A stretch of DNA of 64,000 nt. It comes from Octopus sinensis (lineage: Eukaryota). Below, one piece after another: positions 52,091 through 64,000 of the stretch. Made by a program: the position numbers and the translations under genes. How positions within the stretch are numbered: position 1 is the stretch's first letter; each line of letters begins with the position of its first letter. The stretch spans positions 17,174,001 through 17,238,000 of the forward strand of contig NC_043007.1 in assembly GCF_006345805.1 (NCBI RefSeq), written 5' to 3'. The notes under the pieces are model-generated. The model had not been told where the DNA came from. It saw nothing but the letters and a program-made list of their open reading frames with translations, and did not search any database.

Positions 52091-52530
52091 TATTATTATA
52101 CCATAGTTTAGCTTACATTTTTTAATGTGTCCTACCTTTTTTAATAAGACTGTTGGATATCAAATTTGAGGGAGATTTTGCTGCTATATTTAGCTGGTCA
52201 GCCAACCATTTAGACTCTCCTTCATTGGCAGATTTATAAATTACCTACAACAACACGAATGAGAGGACAAAAAAAAATTTTTTTGAAATGAAAAAAGAAT
52301 GAAAAGATATGAGTAATTTGGATAATTATGTCTTTCCTCATTGTTTAGAAATAAAGATTAAGATATAGTTTATGTTGCTACCTTTCTCTGTTCAGTTCAG
52401 TTTGCTATTGTGATTCACTTGACTTAAGAATACTCCCATAGATTAATCACCTCTGCTATGTCAGTCAGAAGTCAAGTGTCCTGCAAATTATCAAGCTTTT
52501 CAATTCCCCTTGAATTTTGTCATGCGTATC

Positions 52531-52566
<36 letters not shown>

Positions 52567-52764
52567 GCAGCAAAATCTCCCTCAAATTTGATATCCAACA
52601 GTCTTATTAAAAAAGGTAGGACACATTAAAAAATGTAAGCTAAACTATGGTATAATCAATTATCAATTATAATAAAGGGTAAAATTAATTAATTAATTAA
52701 CTAGTAATTAATAATTCTACCAAGTAGAATTCGGTATGAAAAAGGACCATTTTTCAGTAAACTT

Positions 52765-53070
52765 ATATTTTATAATTACGAGTATAATTATAATTAGGGT
52801 TCAGCAAAGATTTACTTTACCACATACCGAAGTTTAGAAATAGCAGCTAAAAGAACCTTAGCAATTTCTTCTACTATAAGAAGAGACTCTCGGACAAAAC
52901 AAAATACTCGAAATAACCCACGAGTATTTTCGAGTATTTTGTTTTGTCTGGGAGTCTCTTCTTATAGTAGAAGAAATAGCTAAGGTTCTTTTAGCTGCTA
53001 TTTCTAAACTTCGGTATGTGGTAAAGTAAATCTTTGCTGAACCCTAATTATAATTATACTCGTAATTATA

Positions 53071-53076
<6 letters not shown>
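52765..53076. repeat. 149-bp-arm inverted repeat with a 14-nt loop
   Basis: 52765-52913 vs 52928-53076, three mismatches. Confidence 0.97.
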
Positions 53077-53113
<37 letters not shown>

Positions 53114-53527
53114 CTATGTATGTGTCTATATGTTTGTATGGGAGGATAATATCTCTGTATACACGCATGTATGTTTGTATGCTGGCAAAGGATGATGCAA
53201 ATATTTTTGAAAGCAAGAGTTTAAATGAGCTGCACAATAGCACACAGTTGGCTGTGTAGATGGGTCGAGCTTGGCTTAGTGTTTGTGGTTGTGTATGTCC
53301 TCTCAAGGATGGGCTCACTATTGTGAATGGAGTCATTATGTCACATGAAGCATTGACTACTGCATGTTCATGGGAAAAGATCATTTAACACGCAGTGTAC
53401 ACGGGAAAGTTTGCAAGGCTGTTAAGAAGCTCACTGTGTGACCATTTGCAGTCCCACTGCATTTCACCCTGAACAAGGGCCTGCTGCTATAGCACTGAGT
53501 CAAACAATGCCTTGTGAGTGACAGAAA

Positions 53528-54123
53528 CGGCGAGCTGGCAGAATCGTTAGCACGCCGGATGAATGCTTAGCGGTATTTCATCTGCCGCTACATTCTGAGT
53601 TCAAATTCCGCCGAGGTCGACTTTGCCATTCATCCTTTCGGAGTCGATTAAATAAGTACCAGTTATGCACTGGGGTCGATATAATCGACTTAATCTGTTT
53701 GTCTGTCCTTGTTTGTCCTCTCTGTGTTTAGCCCCTTGTGGGTTGTAAAGAAATAGGTATTTCGTCTGCCGCTACGTTCTGAGTTCAAATTCCGCCGAGG
53801 TTGACTTTGCCTTTCATCCTTTCGGGGTCGATAAATTAAGTACCAGTTATGCACTGGGGTCGATATAATCGACTTAATCTGTTTGTCTGTCCTTGTTTGT
53901 CCTCTCTGTGTTTAGCCCCTTGTGGGTAGTAAAGAAATAGGTATTTTGTCTGCCGTTACGTTCTGAGTTCAAATTCCGCCGAGGTCGACTTTGCCTTTCA
54001 TCCTTTCAGGGTCAATTAAATAAGTACCAGTTACGCACTGGGATCGATGTAATCAACTTAATCCCTTTGTCTGTCGTTGTTTGTCCCCTCTATGTTTAGC
54101 CCCTTGTGGGCAATAAAGAAATA
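53528..54123 (+). mobile_element. SINE family B trimer
   Basis: Unit starts (ggtatt) at 53572, 53756 and 53940, an exact 184-bp period. Confidence 0.9.
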
Positions 54124-55124
54124 AGAAATTGTGACATTTAGACTTTGGTCAAAAATCACTTCTTCATCATTAGATGAAAGTAAATCTGATTTTGCATCAC
54201 TTTTAGCAATTTTAATTTGCTATTCTGTGCTGGCGAAATAGTTATAGAATTTCTTCTTGTAAGAGGTTGCAGGAACATGACTAATGATCGCTAATCAACA
54301 ACTTTGTTTAATTTCAATCCTTAGTTATTTCGAAAACATACTAATTTAAATCCTAAAGTATATAATTATGCCACTTTTTACCACTCCTGAAAATGATTGG
54401 CTTTTGTCAGAATTTTAAACCAGTATTGTTACTATTACTTTTATTATTTATTATTATCAGGTCTGTAATGGTGACATAGATTAATTATTGTGCTGGACAG
54501 CAATTAATTTCATTGATTAATGACCGAGTTCAAATCCTACCAGTCTTTGCATTTTATCCCAACATCAAATTCGATGACTGGCATCCGTGCTAGTGGAGTG
54601 CTAAGTGTACCATCTGAGTGTGATCGTTGCCAGAGCTACAAACTGGCTTCTGTGCTAGTGGCACGTAAAAAGCACCATTCGAGCGTGATCTTTACCTGCG
54701 TCACCTTACTGGCACTTGTGCTGGTGGCACGTGAAAAAACATTCGAGCGAGGTCAATGCCAGTACTGCTAGACTGGCTCCTGTGCAGGTGGCACATAAAA
54801 AGCACCATTAGAGCGTGGCCGTTGCCAGTACTGCCTGACTGGCCCTCGTGCCGGTGGGACGTAAAAGCACCCACAACACTCTGGGAGTGGTTGGTGTTAG
54901 GAAGGGCATCCAGCTGTAGAAACTCTACCAGATCAGATTGGAGCCTGGTGCAGCCATCTGGTTCGCCAGATCTCAGTCAAATCGTCCAACCCATGATTGG
55001 TCCACAGAAAATACTTCCTATATTCACTTCAATAGACTACAGCTGCTCCAACATGTGTGTGTGTGTGTGTGTGTACAAATTATATTATGCAATCGTAATT
55101 AATACAAATGGAAAAAATAATAAT

Positions 55125-55940
55125 TAGATGTACCAGTACAGGCTAAAGTTTATATACATCAGGGATTCACTTTTTCAAATACTCATGCACGGACAAAAGC
55201 CAAGCTGATATTCTGGACAGTTTTGTTCAAGTTATAATCAAATGTTTCCATTTGAATTGTTAAAACATTGGGCGGTTTGTGGATGATGGCAAAATGCTCT
55301 TCAGCTACTTACAAACATTGCCACTTGGTACGTTTGTAGGAATGGTAATGATCCAAGACCACAGCTGTTACATATTTCTCAAATGCTTCCTCTAAAGAGA
55401 GTGCATTCTTTATATCTAAGTCAATATCCAGATGTGGATCATAGATATTTGAGTTCTCTTTACACAGCATAAACTGAACTTGACTGTGCAGAAATCTTCT
55501 AGGTATCAAATTGATTACTTTGGTTACTCTACTGTACTTGTTTGACTTTTAATAGCCGTTCATACAGGATTTTTGCAAAACATCAACAGGATAGGAATTC
55601 CTGAGCATCTCTTTGGTGACCAAAGTATGTGTTTTGTTATTACTTTCAGTTACTGCAAAATGGAATGTGATTTTAATAAATGTTCAGAATTTTCATAGTT
55701 GCATCATATATATATGCCTGGAGGTTCACTCATCATACAGAGATCAGTTTGTTTGCAGCTGTTCATGTGTTCACTCCTTAGCAAATAGTTGACCAGAAGC
55801 AACGAGGAAATATATATTCTTCAAATTGTGTAGGTCAGAGCCAACTTTTAGAATTTATGTACCCACCAATCAAGGCAAAGCATTTTTTTTTCTGCCTTGT
55901 GGATAGCATATAGGTACAGGTGTAGCTAGGGTGCCTATCA
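55125..55940 (-). pseudogene. USP36/USP42-like processed pseudogene fragment
   Basis: Collinear motifs across shifting frames: KVGSDLHNLKNIYFL (cf. GAGLHNLGNTCFLN), LVNYLLRSEHMNSC, FGHQRDAQEFL, DVLQKSCMNG, YDPHLDIDLDIK, HKPPNVLTIQ, YKL*PVLVH; stops and frameshifts, no introns. Confidence 0.8.
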
Positions 55941-56172
55941 TGTATATTTGTTCAGTATTATATAGTTGTTGATCATCATCATCTCTCTGATTTTTCCATA
56001 CCAGCAGTGGGTTTGATAGGTATGCTTTAATAGTATAACTTCTCACCATTTGCTGTGGTCCTCCATTATATGCTAATTTACAAAAAACAAAGCCATTAGT
56101 TTTTGTTGTCATAGATGGTATAGTTTTTATAGCAGGCTGTCCTTTCTATCTCCAGCAGTTTTATATTGTAGA

Positions 56173-56630
56173 CTAGTATTATAACCTGATTTCACTTGGG
56201 TCTACTTGGGCCACATTTTAAAGATCAGGAATTTAAAAAAAAACGAAAATTTTATTAAAAATTAAAAAGAAAATGAAGGCAAAAAGCACTCGTTTTTTCA
56301 CAATGAAAAATCGTTTCCTAGTAGCCAGAATTTTGCGACAAAATGTATGTTTATTGAGGACAACAGCCTGCAGTGCATGCCATTGGGCATTAAAAGCCAA
56401 TCGCACAAACCTAGAGGGGCTCTGGGCCCCCTTGAATCGATAAAAAATCACTCTTTTTGCCATAGCAACCACATCTTTATAACCTGCGAATTCTAACCAT
56501 CCCAGGTCTCATCCCCACCATGCATTTAGTATCCCTGCCAATTTTCAGCTCGATCCTAGCCTCGGTTTGGCTGCCATTAACCGTCAAAGGAAAATGTGCA
56601 TACCATTTTTCGTCCAAAGACTGTTTTATT
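56173..56630 (-). mobile_element. Probable Helitron-like element abutting a SINE tail
   Basis: 3' end cccaagtgaaatcaggttataataCTAG|T; a 5' TC is not clearly present. Confidence 0.5.
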
Positions 56631-58199
56631 ATACTCTTTTACTCTTTACTCTTTTACTTGTTTCAGTCATTTGACTGCAGCCATGCTGGAGCACCGCCTT
56701 TAGTCGAGCAAATCGACCCCGGGACTTATTCTTTGCAAGCCCAGTACTTATTCTATCGGTCTGTTTTGCCAAACCGCTAATTGACAGGGACGTAAACACA
56801 CCAGCATCAGTTGTCAAGCAATGCTAGGGGGACAAACACAGACACACAAACACACACATACATATATATATAGACATATATACGACAGGTTTCTTTCAGT
56901 TTCTGTCTACCAAATCCACTCACAAGGCATTGGTCGGCCCGGGGCTATAGCAGAAGACACTTGCCCAAGATGCCACGCAGTGGGACTGAACCCGGAACCA
57001 TGTGGTTGGTTAGCAAGCTACTTACCACACAGCTACTCCTGCGCCTATATTGTAGATTGGCGGCATTTTACTGTACCATACACATTCATTCAATATCATA
57101 TATACTTATTCAGTCACCATTAGCATCATTTTTACTGCTGGCCTGGGTTTCAACACAACACCCTTCATTTGCCTCTGTTCATTATCTCCTTTGTGAAGCT
57201 CAGCATCAGAAAATCAAGGCTGTCCACTTCAACCAACATCTTAAGCTTTTCTGATCTGTAAGCTTCTACTGTTTTCATCATTTGACATTTTACCATTTAA
57301 CTGTCATTCGTTATGCACCTCACTTATCCATACCATTGCAGCCTTCTCTTTGGCACGCAATCTAATTTTTCCCATGGTGTATTTTTAGACGGTCATTCAT
57401 GGACACTGGCATTATATATTCAGCAGAGCATGCCTTCTTTATTTCTTTCCAGCTTTCACAAATTCTCCATATTCACTGCTCACATCTCACTACCATATTG
57501 CACAAATAAGACTGATAAAGTCTGCTTTTCATTTGATGAGTAAAGCCCTTTGTTGTCACCAGAAGTAATAACTCCTTGAACTTTTTTCTGCCTGGTTACT
57601 ATTTTCCTCTGCTTATTTATTACACTCAATGGTCAGGTAGAAAATATTGCAGGTGCAGGAGTGGCTGTGTGGTAAGTAGCTTGCTTACCAACCACATGGT
57701 TCCAGGTTCCTTCCCACTGCGTGGCACCTTGGGCAAGTGTCTTCTACTATAGCCTCTGGCCGACCTAAGCCTTGTGAGTGGATTTGGTAGACGGAAACTG
57801 AAAGAAGCCCATCGTATATATATATGTGTGTGTGTTTGTCCCCCCAACATCGCTTGACAACTGATGGTGGTGTGTTTACATCCCCGTAACTTAGCGGTTT
57901 GGCAAAAGAGACCGATAGAATAAGTACTGGACTTACAAAGAATAAGTCCTGGGGTCGATTTTCTCGACTAAAGGCAGTGCTCCAGGATGGCCACAGTCAA
58001 ATGACTGGACTGAAACAAGTAAAGGAGTATGTCATCATCTTTTAAAGCCCATGTTCCATGCTGGTATGGGTTGGATGGTTTGAGAGGATCCGTGATGTGT
58101 CCAAGGACTGCATTGAGCTCCAGTGTCTGCTTTGGTATGGTTTTTGTGGCTGGGATGCTCTTTCTCATGATGCCAAAAAAGTGGGAATAAGTTCTTCAT

Positions 58200-58655
58200 T
58201 AATTGGTTATTCAAAATGCGCATGGTGATAGAGTGACTCTTCCACAATACAAAGGTATTACTCAACATGGTCTCCGTCACAAGTAAAGCATTTTACACCA
58301 TCATTGAACACAACTTTTATATTTGAAAATCATCAGGTGTGCATTATTGCATTATTGTGCCTGAAGACCTTTTCATTGGATTGAACAGGTGGAAGTTAGA
58401 AGGTGCCAGATCTGGGCTGTACAGTGACTGGGGAACCACTGACAGCCTAGTTTGCTGATTGCCTGATTTGCTGCTAAAGATATGTGTTATTGCACATTGT
58501 TGTGGTGAATGCAGATCCTTTTCAGATTCGTGTTTGGTCTTTTTCTCCCAATGGATTCGCTAAGCTTTTTGAGTGTCTCAATGTACCACTCACTGTTCAT
58601 AGTATAGCCAGGTCCCCACAAAACAGTCACCATGGTTTGGTTGTGTGCTGTGTAT
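58200..58655 (-). mobile_element. Degraded mariner transposase fragment
   Basis: YSPDLAPSNFHLF motif, many stops. Confidence 0.75.
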
Positions 58656-59087
58656 GGATGAGGACAGCTGCAAAAATAAGTGCTGAGCTCTAATTATTGA
58701 GGGTACCTGTGGAAGGGGTAAACCCAGGAAGACACTGGCTAAAGTGGTGAGAAAGGATCTTCAGATGCTGGGCTTGAGAAGACACAGCATGCTAAATAGA
58801 ATTGCTGTCATCCATACATGCATACATACAGGCTTGTCCTATACACGTGTCAGTGCCACATAAAATGTACTTGTGCCAGTGCTGTGTAAATGTACCCATG
58901 CTGGTGGCACATAAAAAGCACCCAGCACACTCTGTAAAGTGGTTGGTATTAGGAAGGGCATCCAGCCTTAGAAGCCATGCCGCAAGAGACAATTGGAGTT
59001 TGGACAGCTCATGCCAAACTGCCCAACCCATGCCAGCATGGAAAACAGATGTTAAACGATGATGATGATGTAGGTATTATATATATA

Positions 59088-59481
59088 CTAGCTGTATAGC
59101 CCAATGTTGCTCAGGCTTGTTTTCTTTTCGACCCTTTACAATTGGAATTTTTGAAAAGTAAAAATGTTGCATTATGTAGCTTGTTATTCTCTTTAAGTGA
59201 ACATTTTTCTGGTTGAAATACACCGAAAAATGGTGACACAGCAGTAAAAAAAATTGTAAAAAATAGGGATTTTCATAGAAAAAAAAGCACCTTTTTGGTG
59301 TAAATAATTTTTGGTGTTAACATGGTCCGATTTGAATTCTTTCTTCTACGGAAGGAAGAGCAAGCCTTCTTCTATCATACTCTCAATTCTGGTCAACTTG
59401 TGTCGCAGGGTCTCGGAGGAGTTAGTGTTAGTTGAAGGCTACCAAAACTGCCATACACAAACCACTTTACATAGAGAGAGA
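59088..59481 (-). mobile_element. Non-autonomous Helitron
   Basis: A|TCTCTCTCTATGTAAAG start; ends cctgagcaacattgggctatacagCTAG|T. Confidence 0.75.
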
Positions 59482-60380
59482 TTTGTTCAGCATCATATAT
59501 CTATTCAGTATTGTATGTATGTATGTATGTATTCTTTACGATATATATTTAACCGTGATGCAACATCATCTGTAAATGTCTTCGTTTCGTTTATTTGCTT
59601 CTCTTTAGTCAGTCATCTAGTTATGTGTTCATTTAAATTCCTCCCATCGAGTGTATTAAGCTAGTTATGAGTCACTTGAAACAATTTCTGCTGCTCTAGC
59701 AATAAAGGAGAGGTAGAGAAAATTGCCAAACACATGTTTAAATGGTGTTATACTAACACAATACAGTGTCATCACATGTAGTGGCGATGGTGGTGGTGGT
59801 GGTGGTGGTGGTGGTAGTTTTATTTTCAAACTAAATGTCTCGCTAGTAGTTGTCAACATTCTTAAGTACAACTAAACTGTGACCGACCTTAATAAACCTG
59901 ATACAACAATTATCTAAATATTTGTGATGAGAGTGCTGAATATCCTTTCCCCAGACATATTGTACAGGAAATACTTTGGGATGAGAAATTCCAAGACAGT
60001 ATGAACCATCACAAGTTTCTCGAGTTTATCTATCATTTATGTATTATTAAAAATTCTATTTTGTCTTAATGTTCTCTCTACTTGTCTCCCTCTCTCTCTT
60101 CCCCACCTCTCCCCCAAAATTGATTGATGAAAACAGCTTAAAAATCAGAGATTTGCAGCTTTTTTTTTTTATTCTTTTAGCCCACTTTTGACTTTTTTCT
60201 TTTACATTTGCCTGTGGCCTCTGTGTGTGTTAACCTATGTTGCGTGTATAACTATCCCTGTATATATCCATAACTATTTTCATCATTGGTAATGCATATA
60301 TAAGCATCACATGAATGACAGTATAAAGCCACCAACAGTTCAATGGACTACAAACATAAGATTTGAAAAATTTATGTCCA

Positions 60381-61314
60381 TGGTCCACCTGTGGCCATCC
60401 TTTTTAGAAGAGGTTCAAGGCCCACAGAGAATTTCTTAGTGGTTCATCTGTTGCCAGCTACTTTAGAAAAGACCCATGGTTCACAGAGAATTTTCAGTGG
60501 TCCACCTGTGGCCAATCTTTTTAGTAAAGATGTAAAACCCACAGAAAACTTCTTGGTCATCTGTGGCCAATCTTTTTAGTAAAGATGCAAGAGCCACAGA
60601 ATTTCTAGTGGTCCATTTGTGGCCAATCTTTTTAGTATAGACACAAGGCCCACAGAGAACACTTCTCGGTGGTCCATCTGTGGCCAATCTTTTTAGAAAA
60701 GCTGCAAGGCCCTCAGAAAACTTGTGGTGGTCTCTCTGTGGCCAACCTATTTAGAAGAGGTTCAAGGCCCACAGAGAATTTCTTAGTGGTTCATCTGTTG
60801 CCACCTACTTTAGAAAAGACCCATGGTTCACAGAGAATTTTCAGTGGTCCACCTGTGGCCAATCTTTTTAGTAAAGATGTAAAACCCACAGAAAACTTCT
60901 TGGTCATCTGTGGCCAATCTTTTTAGTAAAGATGCAAGAGCCACAGAATTTCTAGTGGTCCATTTGTGGCCAATCTTTTTAGTATAGACACAAGGCCCAC
61001 AGAGAACACTTCTCGGTGGTCCATCTGTGGCCAATCTTTTTAGAAAAGCTGCAAGGCCCTCAGAAAACTTGTGGTGGTCTCTCTGTGGCCAACCTATTTA
61101 GAAGAGGTTCAAGGCCCACAGAGAATTTCTTAGTGGTTCATCTGTTGCCACCTACTTTAGAAAAGACCCAAGGCTCACAGAATTTTCAGTGGTCCACCTG
61201 TGGCCAATCTTTTTAGTAAAGATGCAAGACTCACAGAATTTCTAGCGGTCCATCTGTGGCCAATCTTTTTAAAAAAGCTGCAAGGCCCTCAGAAAACTTG
61301 TGGGGGTCTATCTG
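60381..61314. repeat. Higher-order tandem repeat: 347-bp unit of six 55-61-bp monomers
   Basis: Monomers of 59+58+56+55+61+58 = 347 bp; identical ORFs at 60481 and 60828 confirm the period; 16 monomers in all. Confidence 0.93.
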
Positions 61315-63112
61315 TTCTCTTGTTGCTCCTCTTTTAGCATTCAGATTACTCTGTCAAATGTTCTGCTTATTTATTAACATTGTTTTCAATTAATCATGCA
61401 TTATCTCATACCTTTTGCTGATGATGATCATCATCATTATCGTTTAACGTCTGTTTTCCGCGCTAGCACAGGTTGGACGGTTCGACCGGGGTCTGGGGAG
61501 CCAGGGGCTGCTCCAGGCTCCAGTCTGATCTGGCAGTGTTTCTACAGCTGGATGCCCTTCCTAACGCCAACCACTCCACGAGTGTAGTGGGTGCTTTTTA
61601 CGTGCCACCTGCACAGGTGCCAGAGGGGTCTGGCATCGGCCACGATCGGTTGGTGCTTTTTTTATGTGCCACCGGCACAGAAGCCAGTCGAGGCGGTGCT
61701 GGCGTCGGCCACATTTGGATGGTGCTTTTTATGTGCCACCGGCACAGAAGCCAGTCGGGGCGGTGCTGGCATCGGCCACGTTCGGATGGTGCTGTGATTG
61801 TTTATTTGTAGAGTGACATTGTAGGGTGAATGTGAGAGATCTGATCTGTCCTATTTGAAAATGAAACAGGTAGAATATTTTGGGCTGGATATGACCAGTT
61901 TAAATGCTGAAGAATTAAAGCACAGTGTAAAGGGATTTGACAGGTGATATTGTCATCAGGTGTGTAACACACACTGAAAGGCCCAGTTTGTTGGTAATGC
62001 TTCTGCAGTTTAGTGTATGTGTGTGTCTGCATGTTCTTGTTTACTATGTGTTTGTGTATCTATATGTATGTTCATGTATGTTTTGAGTACTTGCATACGT
62101 GTGTTGTGTGCATATGCAAGTTTGGCCAAAAGTCACCTGACTGTAATTCAAAACGCATCTAATTCCAAGATTAAAACAAAAAAAAAATTATTTTATATGA
62201 GACTTCACTAATAAATAGACAAATGTTCTCCATAACCTGACATTGCTTTCGTCAACATCAAATTTTCTTCCAGCGGCCCTATTACCATGCTCTTCAGCAT
62301 ATGATATAACTTTAAGTTTAAACATAGCTGAATAAGATCTACGAGACATTTTATGGGCATGTAATGTATAGAATGTTTTATTGGAGATTAATGTACAGGT
62401 TTAAGTCCCGCTTATAAAAAACCCTAGTAAAGACCCACAGTAGTTCAAACATTTAATACCGGTATTTAATCAAGTATCTATTGTTTGCCACGGTAATGAT
62501 ACAAACTGCCAATACAAACAGCAAAATGAACTATTTAGCACTAAACTATTAAGCACAATTTGTGCGTAATTAGCCCAGCAGCACCTAGTCGAACAAACAC
62601 TTGTGCACTTGCGTAATATAATAATGGTGATGTTCTTAACTGTTATATGGGAATGTAAATATGTTTGCAATTGTTTTTGTCACATGATATTCTGTGTTCT
62701 GAATACTTTTATTTTAGTAAATGTTGCTTACTGCAAGTTATGGATGATTCTTTTATGACTTCATTGCTTTCAGGCTTAGCTTAATGTATTTTCGTGCCCG
62801 ACATCACAAAATGCGTCTGAATAAACATTGCCGGACAGCAAATAGAGACTCGGACATTGCTTAGAAAACATTTTTCATTTTTTACCTCGTATATAGTACG
62901 CACTAGGTATTTTGACCTTTAAATTTTGGGGAAAAAATGCGGATTATACTCGAGGATTTACGGTATGTGCTGCTGAAATTGCTGATAATGTGTCTGATAT
63001 GTCCATGCATCTTTTACAACTCCAACTGCAGTAATTGCATGTACATACATTATGTATACATACTCAATATTTTTGCACCAAATGACTAATTTCTTAATTT
63101 TCTCTCTTTTAG

Positions 63113-63841
63113 ATTATGATACTCCTGTACGGCACACCAATGTATTTCAACGTCGAAGTACGAAAACCTTGGCTTCTTACGCACCACAACAATCTGTAAA
63201 TAGCTTTGCTTATAGCGGCCACTCATACATCTCAGCACCAAAGCTACAATGTCATTCCTCAAATTTTTCCCCAACTTCCCACGGTAGTGGAGGTGTTTCT
63301 TCCCCCAACACCAATTCTAATTGTAACTCCAGTGCCAACAACCCAGCTGGCCATATATACCAGAACCTTAATGCAGCTTCTTCACCAGCCCCATCTTCTA
63401 CCCCGTCGCCAGGACATTCTCCTGCGTCGACCTTCTCATCATCCGGCTATGGGTCGGCCTCTAATTTCAACCAAGCTTTTCAGAACATGTCACTGACCAA
63501 CTATCGGCCCAATTCACAGGACTCTCCCAAGCTACAGTCACACCACAATGCGCAACAACACCAAACTGCAACCTGCAATCAGCAGCAAATGGGTCCTCAG
63601 AGTGGAAGTGCATCCCCACAACTGAACCAGGTTGGGTTACATCATCAACATCAGCAACAACACGGGGCTTTGTTGGTGCCGAGTCAGACTGCTGCAAACC
63701 CTGGTCGGGTGGTACCTCGAGCAATTCTTAATCAAGGTGCCCACCACCAGTCACTTACACCGAGTGCACCACCACCTCCCTCACCACAGTCCCTGCATTC
63801 AAAGATGAAACCAGATAATTCACTTGCATCTATAAGAGAAG
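63113..63841 (+). CDS. SAV1: Salvador homolog, coding exon 2 (S/N/Q/H-rich region preceding the WW domains)
   Basis: Strong acceptor ttctctcttttag|AT TAT GAT; joined to exon 1 gives LR-N-YDTPVRH in frame (human LRNLMPSFIRH); open for 729 nt; donor G|gtgaga. Confidence 0.8.
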
Positions 63842-64000
63842 GTGAGATAACTTCGATATTTGCTTGGGTTTGCTTTTTAAACCCTTTGCCTGTCCCCATA
63901 TCACACATTATATGGTGGCATATTTCCATAGCATCCATGCATCGTATATGATACACTTTTTTTTTTCAGCCACCAGAGTAATTTTGCTCTTATGAAAGGA

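Noticed and set aside
60381-61314. CRISPR-like repeat/spacer appearance
   Set aside because: The variable parts recur with a 347-bp period rather than being unique spacers; eukaryotic context and no cas genes.
62930-62965. TIR-like end (aatgcggattatactcgaggatttacggta)
   Set aside because: No convincing partner TIR or TSD found, so no element was called.
63052-63951. 299-aa single-exon gene starting MYTYSIF
   Set aside because: The first 20 codons are the polypyrimidine tract and the part after 63841 follows a donor site; it is an internal SAV1 exon.

Overview
AT-rich, repeat-dense animal DNA, most likely octopus/coleoid cephalopod (inferred from the tRNA-derived SINE families and microsatellite load; not confirmed). 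Two genes lie head-to-head. On the minus strand is a complete 10-exon radial spoke head gene (RSPH4/6 family, 25663->676, 610 aa, every GT-AG junction in phase, RFX X-box upstream). On the plus strand is the 5' part of salvador/SAV1 (exon 1 27775-27862, a 35-kb intron, exon 2 63113-63841; the WW/SARAH exons lie beyond the window). The introns hold several SINE families, CR1 and RTE LINE remnants, Penelope-like ends with hammerhead-like motifs, Tc1/mariner remnants, hAT and piggyBac MITEs, non-autonomous Helitrons, two tandem arrays, a USP36/42-like processed pseudogene and a degenerate tRNA-Ala. I found no clearly new protein-coding system. The best leads are RNA-level: hammerhead-like motifs sharing a non-canonical U6 core, a 149-bp near-perfect fold-back and other dsRNA-forming structures in the SAV1 intron. 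All alignments were done by eye; repeat boundaries are approximate unless TSDs or splice sites are quoted.
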